The position numbers and the translations under genes are program-made. This document shows positions 55,080 to 64,000 of a stretch of DNA of 64,000 nucleotides, one piece after another (position 1 is the stretch's first letter; the number at the start of each line of letters is the position of its first letter). A model generated the notes under the pieces. That model worked only from the letters and a program-made list of their open reading frames with translations. It was not told the DNA's origin and searched no databases. Source of the stretch: a virus (lineage: Duplodnaviria; Caudoviricetes); the IMG/VR virus record IMGVR_UViG_3300031994_000094, positions 1,826 to 65,825 of that record; one strand, 5' to 3'.

Positions 55080-58000
55080 TGGCAAAACATGATGCTGATG
55101 TTGTATTAAAAGTGGATCTTGATACAAGTCAAGTACAATCTCAAGCTGACCAATTAAGAGGACGTATTGAATCAATTTTTAAAAAAACCAATGGTAAACA
55201 AATGTCCTCTTCTTTTGTGCGCTTAAAGCAAAATATGCGGGATCTATATACTGAAAGCAGTGAGGTTAGTGCTAAATTAGATAGGTTAAACAGGTTTAGT
55301 TTTAAGGTAGTTAAAACTGATGAATTTAAGCGGGCAGAAGAAGATATAAAACGGTTTCAAGCACAGGTAAATAAACTTGATGAACAAATGAGCAGAGAGC
55401 AGGCAGTTCATGGGACAAACACTGTTCGCTATAATATGCTTTCTTATGATTATCAACAGGCTCAAAATGCGTTAGCAAATGCAAAACTTGAGTGGAAACA
55501 GATAAATGCAGAGGGCAGAGCATATAAAGAAATTTTAATGTCCTCTACTCCTGAATACCAGGAATTATTACAACGTCAAGCACAACTTAATGACCGTATG
55601 CAAATAGCAGTATTAAGAGCAGGTGAAATGCAGGGTGCTGTTAGTAAATCTGTGCATCCATTCAAAGATATGCACAATGCTATAGTTAAAGTTGGTCATG
55701 CAATCAGTAAAGTAGTTGGTTGGGTAAAAAATCTTGTTAATCGCTTACGTGGTGTAAAGACGGGTACAGAAGATGCTTCTAAATCATTAAAGAATTTAGC
55801 AAAATTTGCTATGAAATACTTCTTGGGATTACGCTCTATCTTTATTCTGTATAAGCGTATTAGAAGCGCAGGAGTAGAAGCATACAAAGGTTTAGCAAAG
55901 CAATTCCCGGAATTAAATGCAGAATTAAATGACCTTAGAAATAGTTTCTTCCAACTCAAGAATAGTATTGCTACAATGGCACAACCTATTCTTTCTTATC
56001 TTGTCCCTGCTATTAAAACTCTTATGAGTTGGCTTACTGCCGCTATGAATGCACTTGCTAATTTCTTTGCTATCTTTACTGGGGCTAAGTATATTTACAA
56101 AGCTACTAAGCTGAATAAAGATTGGTCGAAGAGTGCGAGTGGTGCAGGCAAAGCGGCTAAAGAAGCGAATGAGGATATAGCAGAATATGATAACCTTATT
56201 CTTATTCAGCAAGATAAGAATAATGGTGGCGGTGGTGGTAGTGGTGCGGCTGATGATTATGCTGGAGCATGGGAGAAAGTAGAAGCTGAATCTGATTTTG
56301 CTCAAAAACTCAAGGATGCTATCAACGCTGGAAACTGGGAAGAAGTAGGTAATCTATTTGCTAAGAAACTTAACAGTGTTGTAGATACCTTTGATAATTG
56401 GCTGAATAATACATTCAGACCAAAAGGTAAACTATGGGCAGATAGAATTGGTAGGATACTGAATGGTCTTACTGATGGGTTTAATGCAAAGAAACTCGGC
56501 AATACTTTAGCTGATGGTGTTAATGCTATCTTTGATATCTTTAATACATTCCTTAAACGCTATAATTTCAAGAAGTTAGGTACAAGAGTAGGAGAAGCAA
56601 TAACAGGATTCTTCACAAGACTCGACCCTAAACTAATTGGAAATACATTAGCAAATAAATTCAATGCGGCTATAAACTTTTGGGGTGGTCTTATTAAAAG
56701 CACTGACTTCAAAGTTATTGGCAGTAGAATTGGTATAGCACTCAAAACACTCATTGAGGATATACAGTGGGCAGAACTTGGTGCAAATCTTTCTAACCTT
56801 GCCGCAGGAATACTTGAAGGTTTATCCCAGTTTATTATCGACAGTGACCTTGGAGTAACAGTTGGTAATGCTATCAATGAGTTCCTTAGCAAGATAGATT
56901 TTGGTAGACTGATGCGTGACTTGTCTGACCTTGCTATCAACATTCTCAATGCTTTAGCAGATGCGATTGAGACAGTTGACTGGGAGATGGTTGGTCAAGC
57001 TATTGCAGATATGTTGAAGAACATTGACTGGGGTAGATTTTTAACAGCTTTAGTGAGGGTGGCACTCGGACTTATCAAAGGTCTTGGAACTGCTCTTTTA
57101 CAGATAGCTACTGACCCCGAAGCACTTGGCTCTTTAGCAACAGGACTTCTTGCTATCTTTGGTGCTAAGTGGATATGGAGTAAGATTACAGGACTGTTTA
57201 AGACAGGACTTACGGGTGCTATTACACAAGGTGCGGCTGGTGCTGGCGGTGCAACCGCAGGATTAGGCGCGGCATTATTCAAAGGTTGGGCTTTATTTGA
57301 AGCAGGAAGTAGTCTTGCTGGAAGTATAGGGTCTGTAATATCTTATGCTTTCGATGATGAGTTAATGTCGGCTGAATACCAAAAAATGGCAAAAGCACCA
57401 ACTCAATATCTTGTAAGTGCTATATCCACAGCAGTAGAAGCAGCATCAGAATACTCAGAAACTACAGGAAAAACTACTCTACAAAACGCAATCGGTGATA
57501 TGCTTGGTTATGGTGTTGACCCGATGGAACTTGCCAAAGAAAATTCTGCTAAAATGCAGGCAGATTCTTGGGAGGCATTTCAAAGAGCAAAACTTGGTTG
57601 GGGTACGGAAAAAGGTGGTTTAGGTCTTGGCAGAGAAGTAACAGACCTTGAATGGTTTGCATATCGTTATGGTGAAACTGTTAATCAACTCAAAGAATCA
57701 AGTAATACATTAGCACAAGATACCAACTCAGCATTTTCTGGAGTAGGTAAAGCACTCAATGGTATGGCAACCGAAATGGAGAAAGCTGTTAGTGAAGGAC
57801 AGAAATCGCTTGGGTTATACACAACAGATAGCAGTCATTATGCGGAGATAGCAAAGAATAACGCTATAGCTGTTAGAGACACTGTAAAGTTAGCAGAGCA
57901 ATCTTCTAACCACTATGTAGAAATAGCAAAGCAGAATAGTGGTTACTATGATAAAATCAAAGCAGAGACAGAAGCTACCTCAAACCATTATGTTCAGATA

Positions 58001-58870
58001 GCACAAGCAAATGCACAGGCAGTTACTAATACTGCAAAAGAGGCAGAGGCATCATCTAACCATTATGTTGAAATAGCAAAGGCAAATGCACAAGCTGTTC
58101 AAGCATCACATAAGGAAATGGAAGATGCATCTACACATTATGTAGGAGTAGCAAAACAGAATGTTGATGCCGCAATAGAAAACGCAAACCGCATGGCAAC
58201 TGAAATTGAGAACTCAGTTAGTGGTATTCCCGATAGTTATGATAAGACATTCTCAAGTGCATATGAGAAAGTTACAGGTGCATTTGACGGCACAAAGAGT
58301 TATTTCCAGCAAGTTGCAGAAGGTGTTAAGGCTCCATTCGGCACAATGGGTGAATACTTTGATGATACATTCACAGACGCATGGGGTAATGTAGTAGATG
58401 TATTTCAGACTAATACACCTCATTTCCAATCTATACAAGATAGCATCAGTGGTTCATTTAAGACCATGATAAATGGCATGATTACTGGTGTTAATAACTC
58501 TATCACAAGTCCATTTCAGACATTAGGCAGTCTTGTAAACAGGCTGAAAGGAATGACAGTTGGTGATAGTAAGATATTCGCTGGGCTACCTACAATCAAT
58601 GTGCCGAAGATACCGAGACTGGCACAGGGTGCAGTTCTTCCCCCGAACAGTCCATTCTTAGCTATGGTCGGAGACCAAAAGAGTGGAACGAATATTGAAA
58701 CACCCCTTGATACAATGGTTGAAGCCTTTAGACAAGCTATGAGAGAATCGGGTGGAGAAAGTCACGCACCAATCATTCTGAATCTTAATGGTAAGCAGAT
58801 AGCACAAGCAGTGTGGGATGAAGAGAATAAGCGGTACAAACAGACAGGAGTAAGATTCAAATTTTCGTAA
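55079..58870 (+). CDS. Tape measure protein
   Basis: 1263 aa, Ala/Gly helical repeats, C-terminal PRLAQG. Confidence 0.92.
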   Translation: MAKHDADVVLKVDLDTSQVQSQADQLRGRIESIFKKTNGKQMSSSFVRLKQNMRDLYTESSEVSAKLDRLNRFSFKVVKTDEFKRAEEDIKRFQAQVNKLDEQMSREQAVHGTNTVRYNMLSYDYQQAQNALANAKLEWKQINAEGRAYKEILMSSTPEYQELLQRQAQLNDRMQIAVLRAGEMQGAVSKSVHPFKDMHNAIVKVGHAISKVVGWVKNLVNRLRGVKTGTEDASKSLKNLAKFAMKYFLGLRSIFILYKRIRSAGVEAYKGLAKQFPELNAELNDLRNSFFQLKNSIATMAQPILSYLVPAIKTLMSWLTAAMNALANFFAIFTGAKYIYKATKLNKDWSKSASGAGKAAKEANEDIAEYDNLILIQQDKNNGGGGGSGAADDYAGAWEKVEAESDFAQKLKDAINAGNWEEVGNLFAKKLNSVVDTFDNWLNNTFRPKGKLWADRIGRILNGLTDGFNAKKLGNTLADGVNAIFDIFNTFLKRYNFKKLGTRVGEAITGFFTRLDPKLIGNTLANKFNAAINFWGGLIKSTDFKVIGSRIGIALKTLIEDIQWAELGANLSNLAAGILEGLSQFIIDSDLGVTVGNAINEFLSKIDFGRLMRDLSDLAINILNALADAIETVDWEMVGQAIADMLKNIDWGRFLTALVRVALGLIKGLGTALLQIATDPEALGSLATGLLAIFGAKWIWSKITGLFKTGLTGAITQGAAGAGGATAGLGAALFKGWALFEAGSSLAGSIGSVISYAFDDELMSAEYQKMAKAPTQYLVSAISTAVEAASEYSETTGKTTLQNAIGDMLGYGVDPMELAKENSAKMQADSWEAFQRAKLGWGTEKGGLGLGREVTDLEWFAYRYGETVNQLKESSNTLAQDTNSAFSGVGKALNGMATEMEKAVSEGQKSLGLYTTDSSHYAEIAKNNAIAVRDTVKLAEQSSNHYVEIAKQNSGYYDKIKAETEATSNHYVQIAQANAQAVTNTAKEAEASSNHYVEIAKANAQAVQASHKEMEDASTHYVGVAKQNVDAAIENANRMATEIENSVSGIPDSYDKTFSSAYEKVTGAFDGTKSYFQQVAEGVKAPFGTMGEYFDDTFTDAWGNVVDVFQTNTPHFQSIQDSISGSFKTMINGMITGVNNSITSPFQTLGSLVNRLKGMTVGDSKIFAGLPTINVPKIPRLAQGAVLPPNSPFLAMVGDQKSGTNIETPLDTMVEAFRQAMRESGGESHAPIILNLNGKQIAQAVWDEENKRYKQTGVRFKFS

Positions 58871-58881
58871 GGAGAGTAGCT

Positions 58882-59298
58882 ATGGCATGGCAAGGTTATC
58901 TTTTTAAGTCAACAGCAAATAATAAGATATTTCCTGAGAAGTATATTGCACTTGAATCTTGGAGTTCTACACCGAATCAACGTGAAGAAATCAAGGCTTA
59001 TCGTGATGATAACACAAGAGAACTAACACGTATTACGGCACAGGGTAAGAAGTCTGTATTTAGTTTTAAGACAAGGAAGAAATTGCACCTTGTAGAGAAA
59101 CAGGAAATACAGAACTTCTTTACCTCTGCCGAGGTTGACTCAACACAAAGAAAGATTCAGCTAACCTACTGGGATGAAGAACTGAATGACTATAAAACAG
59201 GGTATTTCTACCGACCAAATATGCCATTTAAGATTTACAAAATCTCAAATGATGATATAATATATGATGAAATGTCCTTTGAATTGATTGAGTATTAA
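58882..59298 (+). CDS. Distal tail protein
   Basis: Position after the tape measure gene; GYFY.P. Confidence 0.7.
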   Translation: MAWQGYLFKSTANNKIFPEKYIALESWSSTPNQREEIKAYRDDNTRELTRITAQGKKSVFSFKTRKKLHLVEKQEIQNFFTSAEVDSTQRKIQLTYWDEELNDYKTGYFYRPNMPFKIYKISNDDIIYDEMSFELIEY

Positions 59299-59306
59299 GA
59301 GGTCTT

Positions 59307-61073
59307 ATGGAAGTATATTTCAAACGACAAACTGTAATATCATTCCCAGATAATACTTCTCTTGAAGATATCACCACAGGAATTGCTGATGGGTCTTTGA
59401 TGATAGATGAGGTATTGTTTACTGACCGCTTTACAATCGGAACGTGTAACTCTAACAGATTTGAAGTTGAATTATACGACTTTGATACAATCGGGAATGA
59501 GAAAATCTATGTTTATCAAAATGTGTGGGACAGCGAAGAAGATGTAGAACCACGGGAAGTACCACTATTTACAGGATATGTTGACAGTTGTATCACCAAC
59601 AGAGGACGTTTTGAAGATAGTAAACACATCGTAGCATATGATGCTATACAGAAATACTCTAACGTAGATGTAGCGGCATGGTGGGAACAGGTATTTGATA
59701 CTGAGATACAGGTTACAGTCAAGACTTTACGTGATTCTCTATGTGACTTTGTAGGTATTGATTATGAGGACGTAACTCTACCAAACGATGATGTTTATAT
59801 CAAACAAACTCAGCAAATCAATACTGCAAGTTTTATATCCATGCTTACCTACATCATGCAAGTTAATGCTTGTAATGCACATATGGATAGAAGCGGTGTA
59901 TTGAGGTTCATCACCATTTCTGATAATTCCCCGATTGATGTTACAGACACTTATGCACAGAATACAACAGAATTTGATGATTATACAATCCCGCCATACT
60001 ATGCTGTGCGTATTACCAACAGTACAGAGAATGTAGTAGCAGTATCAGGCGGTGAAATTAACTATCTTGATATAACTGATAATGTACTCTTACTTGATAA
60101 GACTACACAAGAGTTAATACCAATAGCAGAAGCGATATTCCTGGAAGTAACTAATGTAGAATATAAGCCTGCAACTATTGATATGATTGTGTCAGACTTA
60201 AACGTACAAGTTGGAGATAAGGTACTGATAGATGGTAATACTTATCTTGTGTGCGAACAGACGTTAAGTGGTTCACAATTTGTGGACCATCAAATCAACT
60301 CCATAGGTCAAAGCACACTTGAAGAATCTTCTGCTGAGTATAATGCTACTCAAAAGGATATACAGAACAAGATAAGTGCGAGTTCTCTGAAATACTACAG
60401 ATTCCAAAACAATAAAGCGATTGCATTCTCGACATCCAGTGAAATTATAAATATTCGCTATTCCTGTGCCGAAGATGGTGTGGTAATATTCCATGGTTGT
60501 GTAATATTTGACTTAGAGAGGATTGATACTACACAGCCCGCATCTGTAGAAATGAATTACTCTATCGGGTACGAAGTAGTGAGAGAATATACACCAACTG
60601 ATACCTACTACCATGATGGAAGATACACGTTTAATCTCTTACATTTTTGGGAGGCATCAGCAAACAGAACAGAGCATTTCATAGTGACTTTAGTTCCAAC
60701 AAACTGTAGAATTACAATAGGTGCATATCGTGAAGAAGGCTACATGGAAGGCATGGGTCTTATCGGTGAGAGTATTTGGAATGGTCTTATTGAAATCGAA
60801 GATAACTTTGGTGAAGAAATCACTCTTATCACTACACCTACAAGTGTTGATGCCATTAGTGGTGAACTTGCACTTAATCTCATTCAAAACATTGTACTCA
60901 GCCTGTCCGACAGTGCTGATACGGTATCACTCAATACTGTACCTGTTCCTGAGAAGAACTACACAGGAAAGGTTAAGATAAATAAGAACACCAATGTAAT
61001 CCATGGCAACATGACTTGGGGGGACCTCAAGCAGATTACATGGCAAGATGCAAACGATGATTATGCTTGGTAA
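59307..61073 (+). CDS. Tail hub/baseplate protein
   Basis: Position; IVAYD; VQVGDKV. Confidence 0.7.
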   Translation: MEVYFKRQTVISFPDNTSLEDITTGIADGSLMIDEVLFTDRFTIGTCNSNRFEVELYDFDTIGNEKIYVYQNVWDSEEDVEPREVPLFTGYVDSCITNRGRFEDSKHIVAYDAIQKYSNVDVAAWWEQVFDTEIQVTVKTLRDSLCDFVGIDYEDVTLPNDDVYIKQTQQINTASFISMLTYIMQVNACNAHMDRSGVLRFITISDNSPIDVTDTYAQNTTEFDDYTIPPYYAVRITNSTENVVAVSGGEINYLDITDNVLLLDKTTQELIPIAEAIFLEVTNVEYKPATIDMIVSDLNVQVGDKVLIDGNTYLVCEQTLSGSQFVDHQINSIGQSTLEESSAEYNATQKDIQNKISASSLKYYRFQNNKAIAFSTSSEIINIRYSCAEDGVVIFHGCVIFDLERIDTTQPASVEMNYSIGYEVVREYTPTDTYYHDGRYTFNLLHFWEASANRTEHFIVTLVPTNCRITIGAYREEGYMEGMGLIGESIWNGLIEIEDNFGEEITLITTPTSVDAISGELALNLIQNIVLSLSDSADTVSLNTVPVPEKNYTGKVKINKNTNVIHGNMTWGDLKQITWQDANDDYAW

Positions 61074-61085
61074 AAGGAGAAGAGT

Positions 61086-63419
61086 ATGAATAACACTCCT
61101 AACTATGGGTACAATTTGCCAGAATATCTCGAAGATGCAGATGTGGAAATTCTCAATCAGAATTTTACTGCGATTGACAAGGATATTCTCGATGTACGGC
61201 AAATAGTTGTACTAATGTACGATTCTGACGAACACTATGATACAGATGATTTGGTAGGTTTTGAGAATCCTACAGACCATCACATCCGTATGTTCAGATG
61301 TTTGGAAGATAATGTTACTGGTGTATGGGACAGCACAAAATGGACTAACACCAATGTTGCCGCAGAGTTGCTTAGACGGTCAGGCGGTGGTACAGAGGTA
61401 GAAGCTAACCCTACAGGAACAGCTACTGATACACTTGTAAAAATAAGAATTGGTAGTACCATCTATGCAGTAAGTAGTGGTGCAACCGCTTTAGAGGATT
61501 TAACAGATGTTGACTTATCAAATCTCACCACAGGTCAAATCTTAGTATGGGATGGAAATGAGTGGGTTAACTCTGACCCGATTGGCGGTGCATCATCCCT
61601 CTCCGACCTTAACGATGTAAGCTTTACCACACCCACAGAGGGGCAGATACTTAAGTATGATGGAGATGATTGGGTAAATGCCGATGCTCCTGATGTGGAT
61701 GTCACTAAGACAGCCACGGGCAACCCCATCGAGATCAGTGACGGAGCAGACGCGCCGCTTGTCAAGTGCGTGACACAAATCACAGGCTTGCAGGACTTGC
61801 ACGGATATGATAAGCCGTGGGTTGGGGGAGCTGAGAAAAATAAGTGTCCTATGACGGTTGATGGAATTAAAGCACTTAATACCTCTGGAACTTGGAGCAG
61901 TAACGCTTATACTGTCAATGGTGTTACGTTTACTATTCAAACAGATGCTGACGGGAATGTTATTGGAATAAAAGCAAATGGAAATGCAACCGCAAATATA
62001 GTATTTATGTGTGGAAATTATATTCTAAAAGCAGGCTCGTCTATTAAATATAGCGGAAGTGTTAATGGGTCTTTAAACACCTTTTGGGTCGCTTACCATG
62101 GATACCCTAAAGCACCAGATGGAGATGGTACAGCAGATAGAACATCAGCCTCGACAGATTGGGATGGTGGCTTAGAAATAGGCATCAGTAATGGAGTATC
62201 ATTGTCTAATCAAATGTTCTATCCTATGATTCGCCTCTCCACAGAGTCAGATTCAACCTTCGAACCCTACTCCAACATCTGCCCCATAACGGCATATACA
62301 GAGGGGGAGATTGAGGTGAGTAACGGAGATGGAAATACCACCATCCACACCACCGCTTTCTCGCAATCCATCTACCAAGGAAATGCTGATTTCGTGGGGG
62401 GAGAGGTAGAATGTGATATGCCCGTGATTGATTTAGGTGATTTGACATGGGGGGTAAGTGGTGCGATATTCTATGCTTCTATTACTGGCTTAAAACGTCC
62501 AGCGACGACGGGAAACGTGTTAAATGCTATATGCGATAGTTATGAAATTGTTTCACAGGCTGCGGCTCCGAGCAGAACGGAAGCATGTATCAGCGGATTG
62601 AACTGGATAGACGGAATAGCTCTTTGGAATAGCAATTATACAACGGGCGCTGAAGTGAAAACAGCTATGGCTGGTATAAAAATGGCTTTTGAACTCGCCA
62701 CCCCCACAACCTCATCCGTCACCCCCACCAACCTACCAATAAAATCTCTTAACAGCTACTCCCACATAGAGTCCACCACGGGTGATATGGAGGTGGAGTA
62801 TATCACAGAGGGGTATCAGCCGATAGTCGACTTGATAAGCGAGAGTAGTGGGGGAGATAGTCAGCATCACTACTCTACGGATGAACAGGTGGTAGGAACA
62901 TGGATAGATGGGAGTACACTGTATGAAAAGACGATCAAAAAGCAGAACATTTCCAGTGCGTCAAGCTCGACTGTGCTTATCCCGAGTTCCGAATTAACAG
63001 GAATGAACATCATTGAAATCGACGGTAGTTATGTGAGCAGAACGTCAAATTCCACCTACGCTATCAATGCCTATATCAATTCCGACACAATAACTGCCAC
63101 ATGGCTTGCGGAAGATAATATATATTACTGGCTCTACTGGGGGGCAACTGATACCTACGATGCATATATCACCATCCGCTACACCAAGACCTCAACGCGT
63201 TCGCTTTCAAAAGGCACGACAGAAGCAGAAAAGACCTCTTCAGAGCCAATTTCAGAGCCTTTAGAGACTAAGACGGACAACTTATCAAAAGATGAAACAG
63301 AACTCAAGGAAGAGGACGAGAGCAAGGAAATAGAAGAGATTACGGATGTACCCGAAGTAACAGAAGAAGAACCCGTTGACCCCGAACCCTCAAAGGAGGA
63401 GGAAGCAGATGAAAGATAA
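61086..63419 (+). CDS. Tail fibre / receptor-binding-like protein
   Basis: TPNYGYNLP, LNQNF..ID; two L.DL.DV...GQIL..DG..WVN.D repeats; YSTDEQVVGTWIDG..LYEKT domain; acidic tail. Confidence 0.75.
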   Translation: MNNTPNYGYNLPEYLEDADVEILNQNFTAIDKDILDVRQIVVLMYDSDEHYDTDDLVGFENPTDHHIRMFRCLEDNVTGVWDSTKWTNTNVAAELLRRSGGGTEVEANPTGTATDTLVKIRIGSTIYAVSSGATALEDLTDVDLSNLTTGQILVWDGNEWVNSDPIGGASSLSDLNDVSFTTPTEGQILKYDGDDWVNADAPDVDVTKTATGNPIEISDGADAPLVKCVTQITGLQDLHGYDKPWVGGAEKNKCPMTVDGIKALNTSGTWSSNAYTVNGVTFTIQTDADGNVIGIKANGNATANIVFMCGNYILKAGSSIKYSGSVNGSLNTFWVAYHGYPKAPDGDGTADRTSASTDWDGGLEIGISNGVSLSNQMFYPMIRLSTESDSTFEPYSNICPITAYTEGEIEVSNGDGNTTIHTTAFSQSIYQGNADFVGGEVECDMPVIDLGDLTWGVSGAIFYASITGLKRPATTGNVLNAICDSYEIVSQAAAPSRTEACISGLNWIDGIALWNSNYTTGAEVKTAMAGIKMAFELATPTTSSVTPTNLPIKSLNSYSHIESTTGDMEVEYITEGYQPIVDLISESSGGDSQHHYSTDEQVVGTWIDGSTLYEKTIKKQNISSASSSTVLIPSSELTGMNIIEIDGSYVSRTSNSTYAINAYINSDTITATWLAEDNIYYWLYWGATDTYDAYITIRYTKTSTRSLSKGTTEAEKTSSEPISEPLETKTDNLSKDETELKEEDESKEIEEITDVPEVTEEEPVDPEPSKEEEADER

Positions 63420-64000
63420 CATCAAAGCCTCATATCTTGACTCTGGCATCGACATAGGTGAGATACATGGACACATGGACATAGTCCTCACTGATGTCAA
63501 GACAGGCAAGGTCGAGGAAGTGCATGAGGATAACCTCATCACCAATGCAATCCGAAAGTATTTTATAAATTGCGGATTTCTCAACTACCCCGACTTGGAT
63601 AAAAATACCATCGTTGAGCAGTTGCTCGGCGGAATCATGTGCTTTGATGATAACATCTCAGAGGATGCCACCATAGTACATGCTCCGGCAGGGCTACACA
63701 TGATCGCCAATGCCGCTCAGGACTATACCAACAACACCAACACCGAGCAGGGCACCATGGTAGCCAACGATGAGACTCATGTTTATAACGGGTGGCAGAG
63801 TGACGGCTCTTATGTCCACACTTACGAGTGGGCAACAGGGCAGGGCAACGGTACTATAGCTTGTGTATGCCTTGCAGGGCGGAATTACGCATGGATTGGC
63901 GAGGGTAACAGCGTAAGCCTGACACGCCACAACACCAAAGCAAGCCTTACGGCTCTACAGGGCTCAGTGACAACTCTCAGTGGCATACCGGGCACGGTCT
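63409..64000 (+). CDS. Tail-associated protein, 3'-truncated by the window edge (not in the ORF track)
   Basis: GGAGG RBS; MKDNIKAS...HGHMDIVLTDVKTGKVEEVHEDNLITN...YEWATGQGNGTIACVCL, open to the end. Confidence 0.75.
   Translation, partial: MKDNIKASYLDSGIDIGEIHGHMDIVLTDVKTGKVEEVHEDNLITNAIRKYFINCGFLNYPDLDKNTIVEQLLGGIMCFDDNISEDATIVHAPAGLHMIANAAQDYTNNTNTEQGTMVANDETHVYNGWQSDGSYVHTYEWATGQGNGTIACVCLAGRNYAWIGEGNSVSLTRHNTKASLTALQGSVTTLSGIPGTV

Noticed and set aside
62860-63200. Diversity-generating retroelement
   Set aside because: No reverse transcriptase or template repeat visible in this window
1398-63930. The many minus-strand and alternate-frame ORFs in the six-frame track (e.g. 50150-51022, 46826-47536, 53363-54037)
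   Set aside because: They are shadows of well-supported + strand genes, lack RBSs and show no recognisable motifs

Overview
The window covers most of the genome of a tailed dsDNA phage (siphovirus-type, A118/SPP1-like head and tail genes, PBSX-family terminase). It is AT-rich, and its strong AGGAGG ribosome-binding sites and sigmaA promoters point to a Firmicutes host, probably Clostridia-like (host is inferred). Virtually all supported genes are on the + strand, in this order: (1) end of the lysis module; (2) a 4 kb accessory cassette of Gly/Cys/Gln/Tyr-rich, spore-coat-like proteins behind a GerE-sized HTH gene; (3) a large replication/recombination region (SNF2 helicase, initiator, DnaC-like loader, DnaB, primase, SSB, PolA, beta clamp, DnaX/HolB/HolA clamp loader, RecA, RecU, Cas4-like exonuclease, two DNA methyltransferases, ThyX-like); (4) a tRNA/structured-RNA island; (5) terS; (6) a 4.6 kb block rich in cis-elements (two CIRCE-like palindromes, a GC-rich 60-bp tandem array, two host-type parS sites); (7) terL and the head/tail genes, running off the right edge in tail-fibre genes. 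No integrase, endolysin or reverse transcriptase is visible in the window. Homing endonucleases are abundant: several free-standing, one fused in-frame inside ThyX, and one decayed. The most striking signals are the parS and CIRCE-like host motifs together with the spore-coat-like cassette (possible exploitation of host sporulation), two parallel tRNA + structured-RNA units (one tRNA lacks an anticodon arm), the ThyX-HNH in-frame fusion without intein motifs, and a poly-G frameshift switch in a split C5 methyltransferase. All family assignments come from motif recognition by eye; no database searches were run.
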